Origin: Acidobacteriota bacterium
GTDB taxonomy: Bacteria; Acidobacteriota; CAIWXX01
Direction of reading: 5' to 3'
Length of the DNA stretch: 64,000 bases
Assembly: GCA_040755995.1 (NCBI GenBank)
Contig: JBFMAF010000010.1
Span: 224,001 to 288,000 of the forward strand
Part shown: piece by piece, positions 30,725 to 39,878 of the stretch
Numbering within the stretch: position 1 is the first letter of the stretch
How the letters are laid out: every line of letters begins with the position of its first letter
Notes under the pieces: model-generated
What the model was told of the DNA's origin: nothing
Seen by the model: only the letters and a program-made list of their open reading frames with translations
The model's database searches: none
Made by a program: the position numbers and the translations under genes

Positions 30725-32761
30725 ATGTCGGATGCGTCCTTAGTGAAGCCAAGCCCTAGAAAGTTCAATGACGAAGGCGCCCTGCGAAGCCCGACAACAG
30801 GACTGGCATGGGCCGAGTGGCGTCTGGTTGCGGCTGGGATCGTCTTGGCAGCTGTTTGTGGCGACACATCGGCGGGCGTTAACCTTTGGACGAAGGCGAG
30901 TCGAGGCGGTCAGCTCCACGCCATTGCAGCCTCTCCCAGCCTGCCCGACGTGATCTGGACTGTAGATTTTGGGGATACGCTGTATGAGAGCAGCGACAGG
31001 GGAGAGACCTGGCGAAGCGTGACCACGGCTGATGCCGTGTACTGGGAGTGGATCACGAACATCACGCTGGATCCGGCCGACACCGACACACTGTTTGTGA
31101 CGTACGACGAGGGGCACTACGAGGGCACCGTTCGTACGCGTAACCACGGCCGCACCTGGGTGGATCTGGACTTTGCGGCAGACAATGGGCGCCAGCCGCT
31201 TGCCATCAACCCACAGAACCACCACGTCATCTATGCGATACCGTTCGATTCCCCGGAAATATGGAAGTCGCTCGATGGTGGAGACAATTGGCAACGACTC
31301 ATGGAATTCGGCACCGATCGAGCCCCACGCTCAATTGCGTTGGATCCGGTCCGCCCCAACAACGTGTACGTGGGTACTGCGAAGGGCGTTTATAAGAGCG
31401 CAGATGCCGGCTTGACCTGGTCGGCAGCAAATACCGGCTTCCCTGGGAATGGTCAGCAGGTGATTGTCCACGCGCTGAAAGGTCATCCGCAGAGGCGCGA
31501 CGTTCTCTGGGCGGCCACGAATCAGGGTATGTACAAGACCACGGACGGCGGGGGAGGTTGGGTACGGCTCGATTGTGGGCCGCGTCCGCTCGACGTGCGG
31601 GACCTGGTCGTTGCTCCGTCCGATCCCGAGATCCTGTACGCTGCCGCAGCGTCGGGAGAGATATACAAAGGCAGGTACGGGGGCTCCATCTGGCACGTCA
31701 CGTCCATGCAGGGAGCCCCAACCGGGAGCCGGATAACTTTGCAGGTGGACGCCGTGTCGCCTGACACAGTCTACGCGACCGTGGGAACGACGGGAGTCGT
31801 GAGGTCCATTGACGGCGGCCGGACATGGAACCTCGTGGGCAGAGGTTTCGAATTATGGGCCGATCAGGCGGTCGCCAGCCCGAAACATAGCGGGACTGTC
31901 TACGCGCTCGGCGACCTGGTCCTGAAGACCCGTGACGCCGGGTCCACCTGGCAAGTGGCCAGCGGGGGTCTTCGCGCCGAAGGCTGGCTGGAGAAGCTGA
32001 TCATGCATCCGAGGGACAACCGTGTGCTGTATCTGTCGGACATGGACGAGGTCTTTCGAAGCATCGACGGAGGCAAGAATTGGACCGCCACGGCTCGAGC
32101 GTGGAACAAGTATGTATCGCCCGAGCTTCTCGCAGTTGATCCCGCCAATTCCAGACGGGTTCTGATCGATACATGGAGTGAGGGTGCGCTCGAGACGCTA
32201 GACGCCGGCGACCATTGGCATCAGCTTAGCCCTGATCTCTCGGCGGCAGGTTCGGTCTCTTCGATTGCCTTTGACGAGCGTCGCTCCAGTGTGATCTACG
32301 CCGGCGTTTCCACTGATGCCGAGTCACGCCTGTGGATCAGCCGGGACAATGGGAAATCGTGGGGACCATTCGGCCCTGCACTCAGCGGCCGGTGGTGGTT
32401 CAACCAGGTCGCCCCGGATCCGTTCGATGGGAACCTTTTCATGATCATAGCGTACGGGGCGTTGTTCCGTTGGAAGCCAGGGGATGGTTCCTGGACAAGG
32501 GTCTTCCCCAAGACCGACAGATACGAATCCTTCTCAGAAGTGGAATTCGACCCGCGGGTTCCAGGCACCGTTTACGTTGCCTCACGTCGATGCGGTGTTT
32601 GGCGCAGCCGAGATGGAGGCCTGAGCTGGCAACCTATGAGCAACGGGCTCTACAGAGACGACGAGATCCTTTGGGTTGAGTCCATTGCCTTTGATGCCAC
32701 GCGACCAGTTCTGTACGCTGCCACAGAGGACGGAGTATATGTGCGCACACTTGCTGACTGA
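30725..32761 (+). CDS. Secreted BNR/Asp-box repeat beta-propeller protein (VPS10/xyloglucanase-like)
   Basis: GGGGAGG RBS; signal-like segment; more than 10 SxDxGxTW repeats. Confidence 0.88.
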   Translation: MSDASLVKPSPRKFNDEGALRSPTTGLAWAEWRLVAAGIVLAAVCGDTSAGVNLWTKASRGGQLHAIAASPSLPDVIWTVDFGDTLYESSDRGETWRSVTTADAVYWEWITNITLDPADTDTLFVTYDEGHYEGTVRTRNHGRTWVDLDFAADNGRQPLAINPQNHHVIYAIPFDSPEIWKSLDGGDNWQRLMEFGTDRAPRSIALDPVRPNNVYVGTAKGVYKSADAGLTWSAANTGFPGNGQQVIVHALKGHPQRRDVLWAATNQGMYKTTDGGGGWVRLDCGPRPLDVRDLVVAPSDPEILYAAAASGEIYKGRYGGSIWHVTSMQGAPTGSRITLQVDAVSPDTVYATVGTTGVVRSIDGGRTWNLVGRGFELWADQAVASPKHSGTVYALGDLVLKTRDAGSTWQVASGGLRAEGWLEKLIMHPRDNRVLYLSDMDEVFRSIDGGKNWTATARAWNKYVSPELLAVDPANSRRVLIDTWSEGALETLDAGDHWHQLSPDLSAAGSVSSIAFDERRSSVIYAGVSTDAESRLWISRDNGKSWGPFGPALSGRWWFNQVAPDPFDGNLFMIIAYGALFRWKPGDGSWTRVFPKTDRYESFSEVEFDPRVPGTVYVASRRCGVWRSRDGGLSWQPMSNGLYRDDEILWVESIAFDATRPVLYAATEDGVYVRTLAD

Positions 32762-32876
32762 GGGCTACCGGGATCCGACGCCTCGGCACGAACTGACCGA
32801 GCTGACCTCGCCTCTGGCGCATCCTGCCGCCAAGCGGACGGCGCTCTCGAACCGGACCTCTGTCGGTCGCGCGGCG

Positions 32877-34757
32877 ATGTGGTTGGCTGCACTCAGTGGG
32901 ATCATTGTCATGACCGGTCATGCATGGGCAGGCTCGTCGCAGCGCCCCCGATGGAAGGACGTCAGTCCGGACGGTGGCAGCATCTCCGACATCGCAATCG
33001 CTCCCTCCAATCCTAACTACCTGTACACCTCGGCCGGCCACTTGTACCGGAGTCTCGACGGGGCCGCGAGCTGGAAGGCGGTTCCTGGTCAGGAGGGCCT
33101 CTACCACGAAGAGCTGCTGGTCGATCCGGCTAACGCAACCACCCTATACTCTTTGTCCAGCGACTTGTGGAAGAGCACAGACGCGGGCAAGGAGTGGACA
33201 AGAGTGCTGTACAGGGGCCATTTCACCTCGTCCTCGATCTACTGCGCCGCAGTCAGCGACTCGAGCAGCAACATCTTGTACGCCGGGACCGACGGGGACG
33301 GTGTCTTGAAGAGTACCGACGGCGGCACGACGTGGTCGAAGACGGGTCCCGGCATTGGCGATGACTGGGTCTTGACACTCGCCGTCGACCCCCAGAACCC
33401 GGCGGTCGTATTCGCGGGCTCGATGGACCACCTGTTCAAGACATCCGACGGCGGCGCAAGGTGGGCCGACTGCGGCCAAGGGCTCCCTTCAGATCTCATC
33501 TCCGTGACCAGCGTGAGCATTTCGCCTGCGATGCCCGATCTCGTTTACGTGGGATGCTACGACGATGGCCTCTTCAGGAGCACCGACGGCGGTGGTACGT
33601 GGAAGCTCGCCGGTGACTGGCCGCGGCGGGTCGTTTCCGCGCGCCTGACCCTGGACCCGGTCGCAGTGGACATCCTGTACACTGCCACCGACGAGGGCGC
33701 TTTCATGACGACAGCCGGCGGCAAGAAGTGGACGGCCATGCTCGGCTTGCCTGCCACCGAGATCGCGCGAATCGTCATCGATCCCACGGACCAGGCTCTG
33801 CTGTATGCAGGAACAGTATCGGGAGTCTACAAGAGCACGGACCGGGGAGTGACATGGTCATCGGCCAGCACTGGAATCCGAGAGTGGCCCGTCTACTCTG
33901 TCGATGTCGATCCCTCGAACCCCCAAATCGTCTTCGCAGGAACGGATGGGGGTGTCTTCAAGAGCACCGATGCTGGAAGGACCTGGAGGAGCTCGCACGG
34001 CAATTGCCGGACGTTCACTTATGTTGATGCCGTCACGGTCGACCCCAACACTCCGGGAGTCGTCTATGTCTCCGGAGAGTCGGGCACCTACAAGAGCATG
34101 GATGGTGGCGCCACGTGGACGCGGATCTACCAAGAGCTTGTGACGCTGGCGGTGGATTCGAGGACGCCAACAACCCTTTATGGCGGAAATGAGCAGGTGC
34201 TGAAGAGCACGGATGGAGGGTCGACCTGGAAGCCAAGCAGCCACTTCGCGGATGGCTACGTGTCAGCCATCGCGATAGACCCGTTCGCAACCGCCACGAT
34301 CTATGCCGGCAACAGCAGCAGCGGCTGCGTGTGGAAGAGCACCGATGGAGGTTCCGATTGGGGATGTGCACTTGTAGTCAGGGATCCGTACTATTGGTAC
34401 GGGTGGGGCATCACCATCGATCCGGAATCTTCGTCTACAGTCTACGCATATGCTGCAGCCGGGCCGAAGAAGCTCTGGAAGAGCACCGACGGAGGCCAGA
34501 GCTGGACCGGCATGATGAAGGGCCGCGCCGTCTCTTGCCTGCAGGTATCCCCTGCCACGACGGGCGTCCTGTACGCGGGGACCCTGGGCCAGGGCGTGTA
34601 CAAGAGCACGGACGGAGGCTCCACCTGGCGGTCGATGAACGCCGGATTCCTCCGGCCAAGATCGAAATTCGTGTACGCGCTCCGCGCGGGACAAGGTGCC
34701 GGGGATTTCACCTACGCGGCGACGGGCGCTGGTTTGTACCGAGTAGCGGACCAGTAG
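32877..34757 (+). CDS. Secreted BNR/Asp-box repeat beta-propeller protein, second paralog (start uncertain)
   Basis: Signal peptide ending HAWA; about 12 KSTDGGxTW repeats. Confidence 0.88.
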   Translation: MWLAALSGIIVMTGHAWAGSSQRPRWKDVSPDGGSISDIAIAPSNPNYLYTSAGHLYRSLDGAASWKAVPGQEGLYHEELLVDPANATTLYSLSSDLWKSTDAGKEWTRVLYRGHFTSSSIYCAAVSDSSSNILYAGTDGDGVLKSTDGGTTWSKTGPGIGDDWVLTLAVDPQNPAVVFAGSMDHLFKTSDGGARWADCGQGLPSDLISVTSVSISPAMPDLVYVGCYDDGLFRSTDGGGTWKLAGDWPRRVVSARLTLDPVAVDILYTATDEGAFMTTAGGKKWTAMLGLPATEIARIVIDPTDQALLYAGTVSGVYKSTDRGVTWSSASTGIREWPVYSVDVDPSNPQIVFAGTDGGVFKSTDAGRTWRSSHGNCRTFTYVDAVTVDPNTPGVVYVSGESGTYKSMDGGATWTRIYQELVTLAVDSRTPTTLYGGNEQVLKSTDGGSTWKPSSHFADGYVSAIAIDPFATATIYAGNSSSGCVWKSTDGGSDWGCALVVRDPYYWYGWGITIDPESSSTVYAYAAAGPKKLWKSTDGGQSWTGMMKGRAVSCLQVSPATTGVLYAGTLGQGVYKSTDGGSTWRSMNAGFLRPRSKFVYALRAGQGAGDFTYAATGAGLYRVADQ

Positions 34758-35119
34758 TGCCGACCCCCGAGTTCCTTCTAGCCTTCATTCTGAAGGCGGG
34801 GCTGGAAGGCCGCGCCGCCTCGGACCATCCGATTCGGACAGCGTGAGCGTTCCCGCGGCCATGCGCGATCGCCCTTCCACGCATGTACCCACGCCTACGG
34901 CGACGTCAACGGCGACGAATTCAGACAGGATCCGTCAACCCCGGTAGTAGTCATCCGGTTTGCAGGGCCCTTCCGACATGGAGGTAGTGCACCGGGCTGC
35001 GTCTCCCTGCGTCTCCTACTTGACACGCAGCCGGTACTTCGGGTGGAGTAGCTCCTCGACGGCTTGATTGAGATGCCGTCGCCGGCTATCGCGGACGCTT
35101 CTTGTTTGAGGATCTACAC

Positions 35120-35752
35120 ATGGGCGATGAGTTCGAGGCTCTCCTGACGGTCGTGCAGGGGCGCAGGAGCATCCGCCGCTTTCGGCAGGACCCGGTGCCG
35201 CCCGCGCTGCTGCGCCGAGTTGTCGACGCGGCACGATGGGCACCGAGCGCCGGGAATCGGCAGTCGTATCGATTTCTGGCGGTGGAAAACCGCGAAATGA
35301 TCGCGGCGATGGGTCGAGTGGTGACAGAGGAGATCGACAAAACGCTGCCCCTCCTTCGACCGGCATCCCGCGAAGAGGTCGAGGAGTACCTTCGGAGCTT
35401 CACGCGATTCGTCTGCGCGCCTCTCGTGCTTGTGCCGATCTACCGCACGGGTGTCAGCCTTATCGACTCCGCGGCAGACGGCGAGGCTCCCGACCTGATA
35501 CGACGAGCCGATGCCGATGCGCTATGCTCCGTGTCGGCTGCTACGATGTGTCTGCTGCTCGCGGCCCACGCGCTCGGCCTGGGAACCTGCTGGATGACGG
35601 GCCCTCTCCTGGCGGAGTCACCCCTCTGCGCACTGCTGGATGTGCCGAAGGGATGGTCGATCTCTGCGCTGATCCCCATGGGTTACGCAGCGGAGAGCCC
35701 GCCTGCACCACCGCGCCGCGACGCAGACAAGCTTCTCAGGTATTTCCCCTGA
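35120..35752 (+). CDS. Nitroreductase family flavoprotein
   Basis: RRSIRRF, WAPSAGNRQSYRF, LAAHALGLGTCW, LIPMGY. Confidence 0.93.
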   Translation: MGDEFEALLTVVQGRRSIRRFRQDPVPPALLRRVVDAARWAPSAGNRQSYRFLAVENREMIAAMGRVVTEEIDKTLPLLRPASREEVEEYLRSFTRFVCAPLVLVPIYRTGVSLIDSAADGEAPDLIRRADADALCSVSAATMCLLLAAHALGLGTCWMTGPLLAESPLCALLDVPKGWSISALIPMGYAAESPPAPPRRDADKLLRYFP

Positions 35753-35768
35753 TTGCCGGGACCCTGCC

Positions 35769-36233
35769 ATGCGCTATCTCATGATCGACCGGATCGAAGA
35801 ACTCAAGAGGCACTCGTACGCCGTGGGCACGAAGTGCATCACCTTGAGCGACGACTGCTTCGAGCATCACTTCCCCGGGCAGCCCATATACCCCGGGGCG
35901 CTGCTCATCGAGACGATGGCACAGCTCGGCGGCGCGCTGTTGGAGATATCGCTTCGCGATGACATGGGTTATTGTCCGCGCTGCGTCCTGAGCACAGTGA
36001 AGGCCAAGTTCCGCGAGTTCGCCCATCCCGGCGATCTCCTGAGCATCAGGGCGGAGGTCGTCTCGATCCATGACGACTCGGCCATGGTTCGCGGCTCCGT
36101 CATGCGGGCCGATGAAACCATCAGCGAGGCCGAGATGATATTCGTGTTTCTGCGCGTCGAGGACTTGCGTCTCGAATCCTCCCGTCGCGAGCTCATCGAG
36201 CTCCTGACGCGAAAGACAAAGTTCGTCGAATGA
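35769..36233 (+). CDS. 3-hydroxyacyl-ACP dehydratase (FabZ/FabA hotdog fold)
   Basis: YLMIDRI, HFPGQPIYPGALLIETMAQ, KFREFAHPGD. Confidence 0.92.
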   Translation: MRYLMIDRIEELKRHSYAVGTKCITLSDDCFEHHFPGQPIYPGALLIETMAQLGGALLEISLRDDMGYCPRCVLSTVKAKFREFAHPGDLLSIRAEVVSIHDDSAMVRGSVMRADETISEAEMIFVFLRVEDLRLESSRRELIELLTRKTKFVE

Positions 36234-37390
36234 CGGAAGTCGTCATCAGCGGGATCGGCATGCACGGCGCATTCGGCGATTTCGGTGATACGCTCGATGC
36301 GCTCGCACAGGGGCGCACGGCGGTGACCCGGGTCAGCGTAGACGGCGCGCCAGGCTTTCCCGATGTGCTCGGGGCTCCCGCCGGGCCCTACGACCCGGGC
36401 TGCTACGCGCCCGATCGCAAGCTGGTGAAGTACATGAGCCGAACGGCGCAGCTCGCCGTCCTGGCAAGCGGGAGAGCCATCGAGCGCGCTGGGCTCATGG
36501 ATGATCCCCAAAGCCGCGCAGCCATGGCGCTATTCGTGGCGACCGGCTACATAGCGTTCGATCTGTCGAACGTCGCACGCTCGGCCGAGGCGTCGAAGAC
36601 CGCCGACGGCGCGTTCGATCTGGGTCGCATGGGGGAAGAGGGACTGCGCCTCTGCCATCCTCTCATGCCCTTCAAGATGCTGCTCAACATGCCGCTCGGC
36701 CTCGTCTCGATCGCATTCGGCATCCGTGGTGAGAACTTCGTTCTCTACCCGGGCGCCGATCAGGCCGGGATCGCATTCGAAACGGCCTGGCGCGGGATAC
36801 GGAACGGCCGGTTCGTGCGAGCGCTCGTCGGAGGTTGCGGGCAGGGTCTGAGCCCGATCCCCCTGGCGACGCTCATCCGGCAGGACAGAGTCGCCTGCCC
36901 AGACGACACCGGCGGAGGGAGGTTTCCAATCGCCGATCTCGCAGCCTTCGTCATCCTGGAGTCCGCCCAGGCAGCCGAAGATCGTGGCGCGAGAGCCATC
37001 GCGCGGATCGACTCAGTGCGGCTTGCGCGACCACAACGATCCAGTCAGTCGCTGGCCGCCTTCTTCGGCGGCGATCCCGACGGCCATCGACCCGACTCCG
37101 TCGTCGTGACAGGTTGCATCGACTCCGTTGACCTCCAGGTGCTGACTGACGCGGCGGCCTCGGCGTGGCCCGGCACGCCACCTGCTCTGGCCAGTTTCGA
37201 CGACCGCCTCGGTCACTGCGCGGCCGCCTCGTTGCCTCTCGCTCTGGGGCTCGCAGTCGAGAGCATGAGCCGCGGTTCCGTGCCCGTGCAGCAGGACCTG
37301 AGTGCGCCGCGAGACCTCCTGATCCTCTCGGCGGCCGCGGATGAGGCGCTGTTCTCGTGCCGAGTGCGTTCGGTGGAGGCTCCGCAGTGA
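36230..37390 (+). CDS. Non-catalytic ketosynthase homolog (chain-length-factor/KS-beta-like)
   Basis: KS N-terminus VVISGIG, KYMSRTAQLA, LLNMPLGLVSIAFGIRGEN; catalytic Cys position reads YPGADQAG; HGTGT absent. Confidence 0.8.
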   Translation: MTEVVISGIGMHGAFGDFGDTLDALAQGRTAVTRVSVDGAPGFPDVLGAPAGPYDPGCYAPDRKLVKYMSRTAQLAVLASGRAIERAGLMDDPQSRAAMALFVATGYIAFDLSNVARSAEASKTADGAFDLGRMGEEGLRLCHPLMPFKMLLNMPLGLVSIAFGIRGENFVLYPGADQAGIAFETAWRGIRNGRFVRALVGGCGQGLSPIPLATLIRQDRVACPDDTGGGRFPIADLAAFVILESAQAAEDRGARAIARIDSVRLARPQRSSQSLAAFFGGDPDGHRPDSVVVTGCIDSVDLQVLTDAAASAWPGTPPALASFDDRLGHCAAASLPLALGLAVESMSRGSVPVQQDLSAPRDLLILSAAADEALFSCRVRSVEAPQ

Positions 37391-38667
37391 GGCGCGTTGT
37401 GGTGACCGGTCTTGGTGTAGTGTCCCCCATAGGCATCGGCGTCGATGCTTTCTACGACGGTTTGCGACACGCCCGCTCAGGCATCGGCCTGATCCGTTCG
37501 TTCGATGCCAGCACGTTTCCCACTCGCATCGCGGGCGAGGTGACCGGTGACGTGCCGATTCCGGTCTGGGTCGCCGAGCCGCTTGGTTCGGCGATCAATC
37601 GCGACAGAAAGGCCTGCTTCGCTGTGGCTGCGGCTGACCAGGCTCTGACGGAAGCATTCAGCGGCGGTTCAATCGGATCGTCTTACGCGCCCGATCGGAT
37701 AGGGACCTACCTTGGAGCTGGTCTAGAGATCTTCCACCTTGATGACCTTGCGCCCCACGTGAGAGGAGGTGAGCTCGACGGAGCTTCCTTGTTGGCGTCT
37801 TTGCGAGATGCCCCGGCCTTTTCGAGAATGCAGATACCATCGCACCTTGCATCGTCGGCTGTCGCCGCACATGCTCGAGCTGAAGGGCCGCTGGCAGTGA
37901 ACGTCTCGGCGTGTACTGCTGCGGCCCAGGCGATCGGCGAGGCCTTTCTCGCCGTCCAAGACGACGTTCTCGACGCCGCCATTGTGGGAGGCTACGACTC
38001 CATGGTCAACCCGCTCGGCGTGGGAGGGTTCTGCATGCTCGAGGCCCTGTCACGCGCGAACCACCTTGGCGGCGCTGCGTCGAGACCCTTCGATCTGAAT
38101 CGAGACGGCTTCGTGCTCGGCGAAGGGAGCGCGGTGCTGATACTCGAAGAGCTGAATGCCGCGCACAGACGCAACGCGCCGATCTACGCCGAGCTCCTCG
38201 CGTATGCTTCCTCTCTCGACGCGTACCGTGTATCCGATCCGGATCCGTCACTGCAGGGCGCCGTGTCCGCCATGGCGCAGGCGCTGGCACGGGCCCGGCT
38301 CGAACCGTCGGACGTCGACTACATCAATGCGCATGGCACCGGTACTCGCAAGAACGACCCGATGGAGAGCCGGGCGATTCGGCGAGTGTTCGGCAGCGTA
38401 GCCGGCGAGATCCCGGTCAGCTCGACCAAAAGCCAGGTCGGGCATCTCATCGGCGCGGCCGGCGCGGTCGAACTGATCGCCTGCATCTTTGCGCTGACCG
38501 AGGGGATCGTACCGGCCACGATCAACCTGGACACGCCTGACCCGGAATGCGATCTCGACTATGTGCCGAAAAAGCCTCGCGCCAGGACGGTCAGAACGGC
38601 ACTCTCGAATTCTTTCGGCTTCGGAGGCCAGAATGCCTGCATTGCTATCGGGAGGCTCCGTGGTTGA
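37387..38667 (+). CDS. Beta-ketoacyl-ACP synthase (FabF-like KS-alpha)
   Basis: VVVTGLG, SACTAA (Cys), NAHGTGT, KSQVGHLIGAAG, SNSFGFGGQN. Confidence 0.95.
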   Translation: MRRVVVTGLGVVSPIGIGVDAFYDGLRHARSGIGLIRSFDASTFPTRIAGEVTGDVPIPVWVAEPLGSAINRDRKACFAVAAADQALTEAFSGGSIGSSYAPDRIGTYLGAGLEIFHLDDLAPHVRGGELDGASLLASLRDAPAFSRMQIPSHLASSAVAAHARAEGPLAVNVSACTAAAQAIGEAFLAVQDDVLDAAIVGGYDSMVNPLGVGGFCMLEALSRANHLGGAASRPFDLNRDGFVLGEGSAVLILEELNAAHRRNAPIYAELLAYASSLDAYRVSDPDPSLQGAVSAMAQALARARLEPSDVDYINAHGTGTRKNDPMESRAIRRVFGSVAGEIPVSSTKSQVGHLIGAAGAVELIACIFALTEGIVPATINLDTPDPECDLDYVPKKPRARTVRTALSNSFGFGGQNACIAIGRLRG

Positions 38668-38722
38668 GAGGGCGGGGCATCACGGCGATCGGGAATGGGT
38701 ACGGGTATGAGGTGAGCTGGAG

Positions 38723-39109
38723 ATGAGTACTGTAGAACGTGTCACGAAGTGTCTGGGTGAGGTGCTGGCTCTCGATCCTAAGACCATCACCGCGGATGCC
38801 CGAGTGATCGACGACCTGGGGGCCGATTCGCTGGATCTCGTGGAGTTGATGTTTCTGCTCGAGCGGGAGTTCTCGATCCGGCTGGACAAGCGGGATCTGA
38901 GCCTGAGCGCTCAGCTCGGGCTGACGGAGCAAGAGACGCACCATGAGGAGGTGCTCACGCCGAAGGCCATGAGCCTGCTGCGCGAACGCTACCCCCTCGC
39001 AGCCGATCGGCTGCGAGACGGCATGACCCGCAAGGATCTGGCCGTGCTCCTTACGGTCGGTGAGATCGCCTGGTCGATCGACCGCAAGCTGGCCAACGCG
39101 GGGGTGTAG
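38723..39109 (+). CDS. Acyl carrier protein with internal insertion (128 aa)
   Basis: DDLGADSLDLVELMFLLEREFSI phosphopantetheine motif; terminal LTVGEI helix after a ~45-aa insert. Confidence 0.9.
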   Translation: MSTVERVTKCLGEVLALDPKTITADARVIDDLGADSLDLVELMFLLEREFSIRLDKRDLSLSAQLGLTEQETHHEEVLTPKAMSLLRERYPLAADRLRDGMTRKDLAVLLTVGEIAWSIDRKLANAGV

Positions 39110-39143
39110 CCCACGGGTTTCCGACAGAGATGCGAGGAACACA

Positions 39144-39878
39144 ATGCTGGAGGGAATGACCGGTCTGGTCACGGGTGGAACGGGCGCGATCGGCGGAGCC
39201 ATTTGCCGGGCGCTGGGCCGATACGGAATGGACGTGGCATTTGCGTATAGAAGACGCGAGGAGGAGGCGCAGAGGCTCGCGGCCGAGATCGAGGCGCTCG
39301 GTCGGAGGAGCCTCTGCGGCGCAGTAGACGGCCGGGACGGCAGGTCGGTCCATGCGTTCGTCGAGCTGGTCGAGGCGCGATTCGACCACATCGACCTTCT
39401 GGTCAACAATCTCGGTATCACGCAGGTCATGCCCTTCGCGTTGATCGAAGAAGAGGACTGGGACGAGATGATGCAGGTCAACCTGAAGAGTCTCTTCCTG
39501 TTCACCAAGGCCGTGCTGCGCGGCATGGTGCGCCGGCGGCAGGGGGTGATTCTGAACATGGGATCGATCGCCGGCCACAGGATGCTCGATGTGCCGGTAC
39601 ACTACGCCACATCGAAGGCCGCTGTCACGGGATTCACGACTTCGCTGGCGAAGGAGGTTTGCCGCTACGGCATACGCGTGAACGAGATCTGTCCCGGGTT
39701 GGTCGACGCCGGGATAGGCACGAACGTCTCCGAGCGGCAGCTCGCGCTGTACAACCAGTTCTGTTCGCTCGCCAGACCCGGCAAACCGGCGGAAGTCGCC
39801 GAGCTGGTGGCGTTTCTGGCGTCCGATCGCGCTTCCTACATCAACGCTCAGCAGATGGTCGTAGACGGAGGCTTGTGA
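39144..39878 (+). CDS. 3-oxoacyl-ACP reductase (FabG-like SDR)
   Basis: TGGTGAIG, LVNNLG, YATSKAA, ASYINAQQMVVDGG. Confidence 0.9.
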   Translation: MLEGMTGLVTGGTGAIGGAICRALGRYGMDVAFAYRRREEEAQRLAAEIEALGRRSLCGAVDGRDGRSVHAFVELVEARFDHIDLLVNNLGITQVMPFALIEEEDWDEMMQVNLKSLFLFTKAVLRGMVRRRQGVILNMGSIAGHRMLDVPVHYATSKAAVTGFTTSLAKEVCRYGIRVNEICPGLVDAGIGTNVSERQLALYNQFCSLARPGKPAEVAELVAFLASDRASYINAQQMVVDGGL

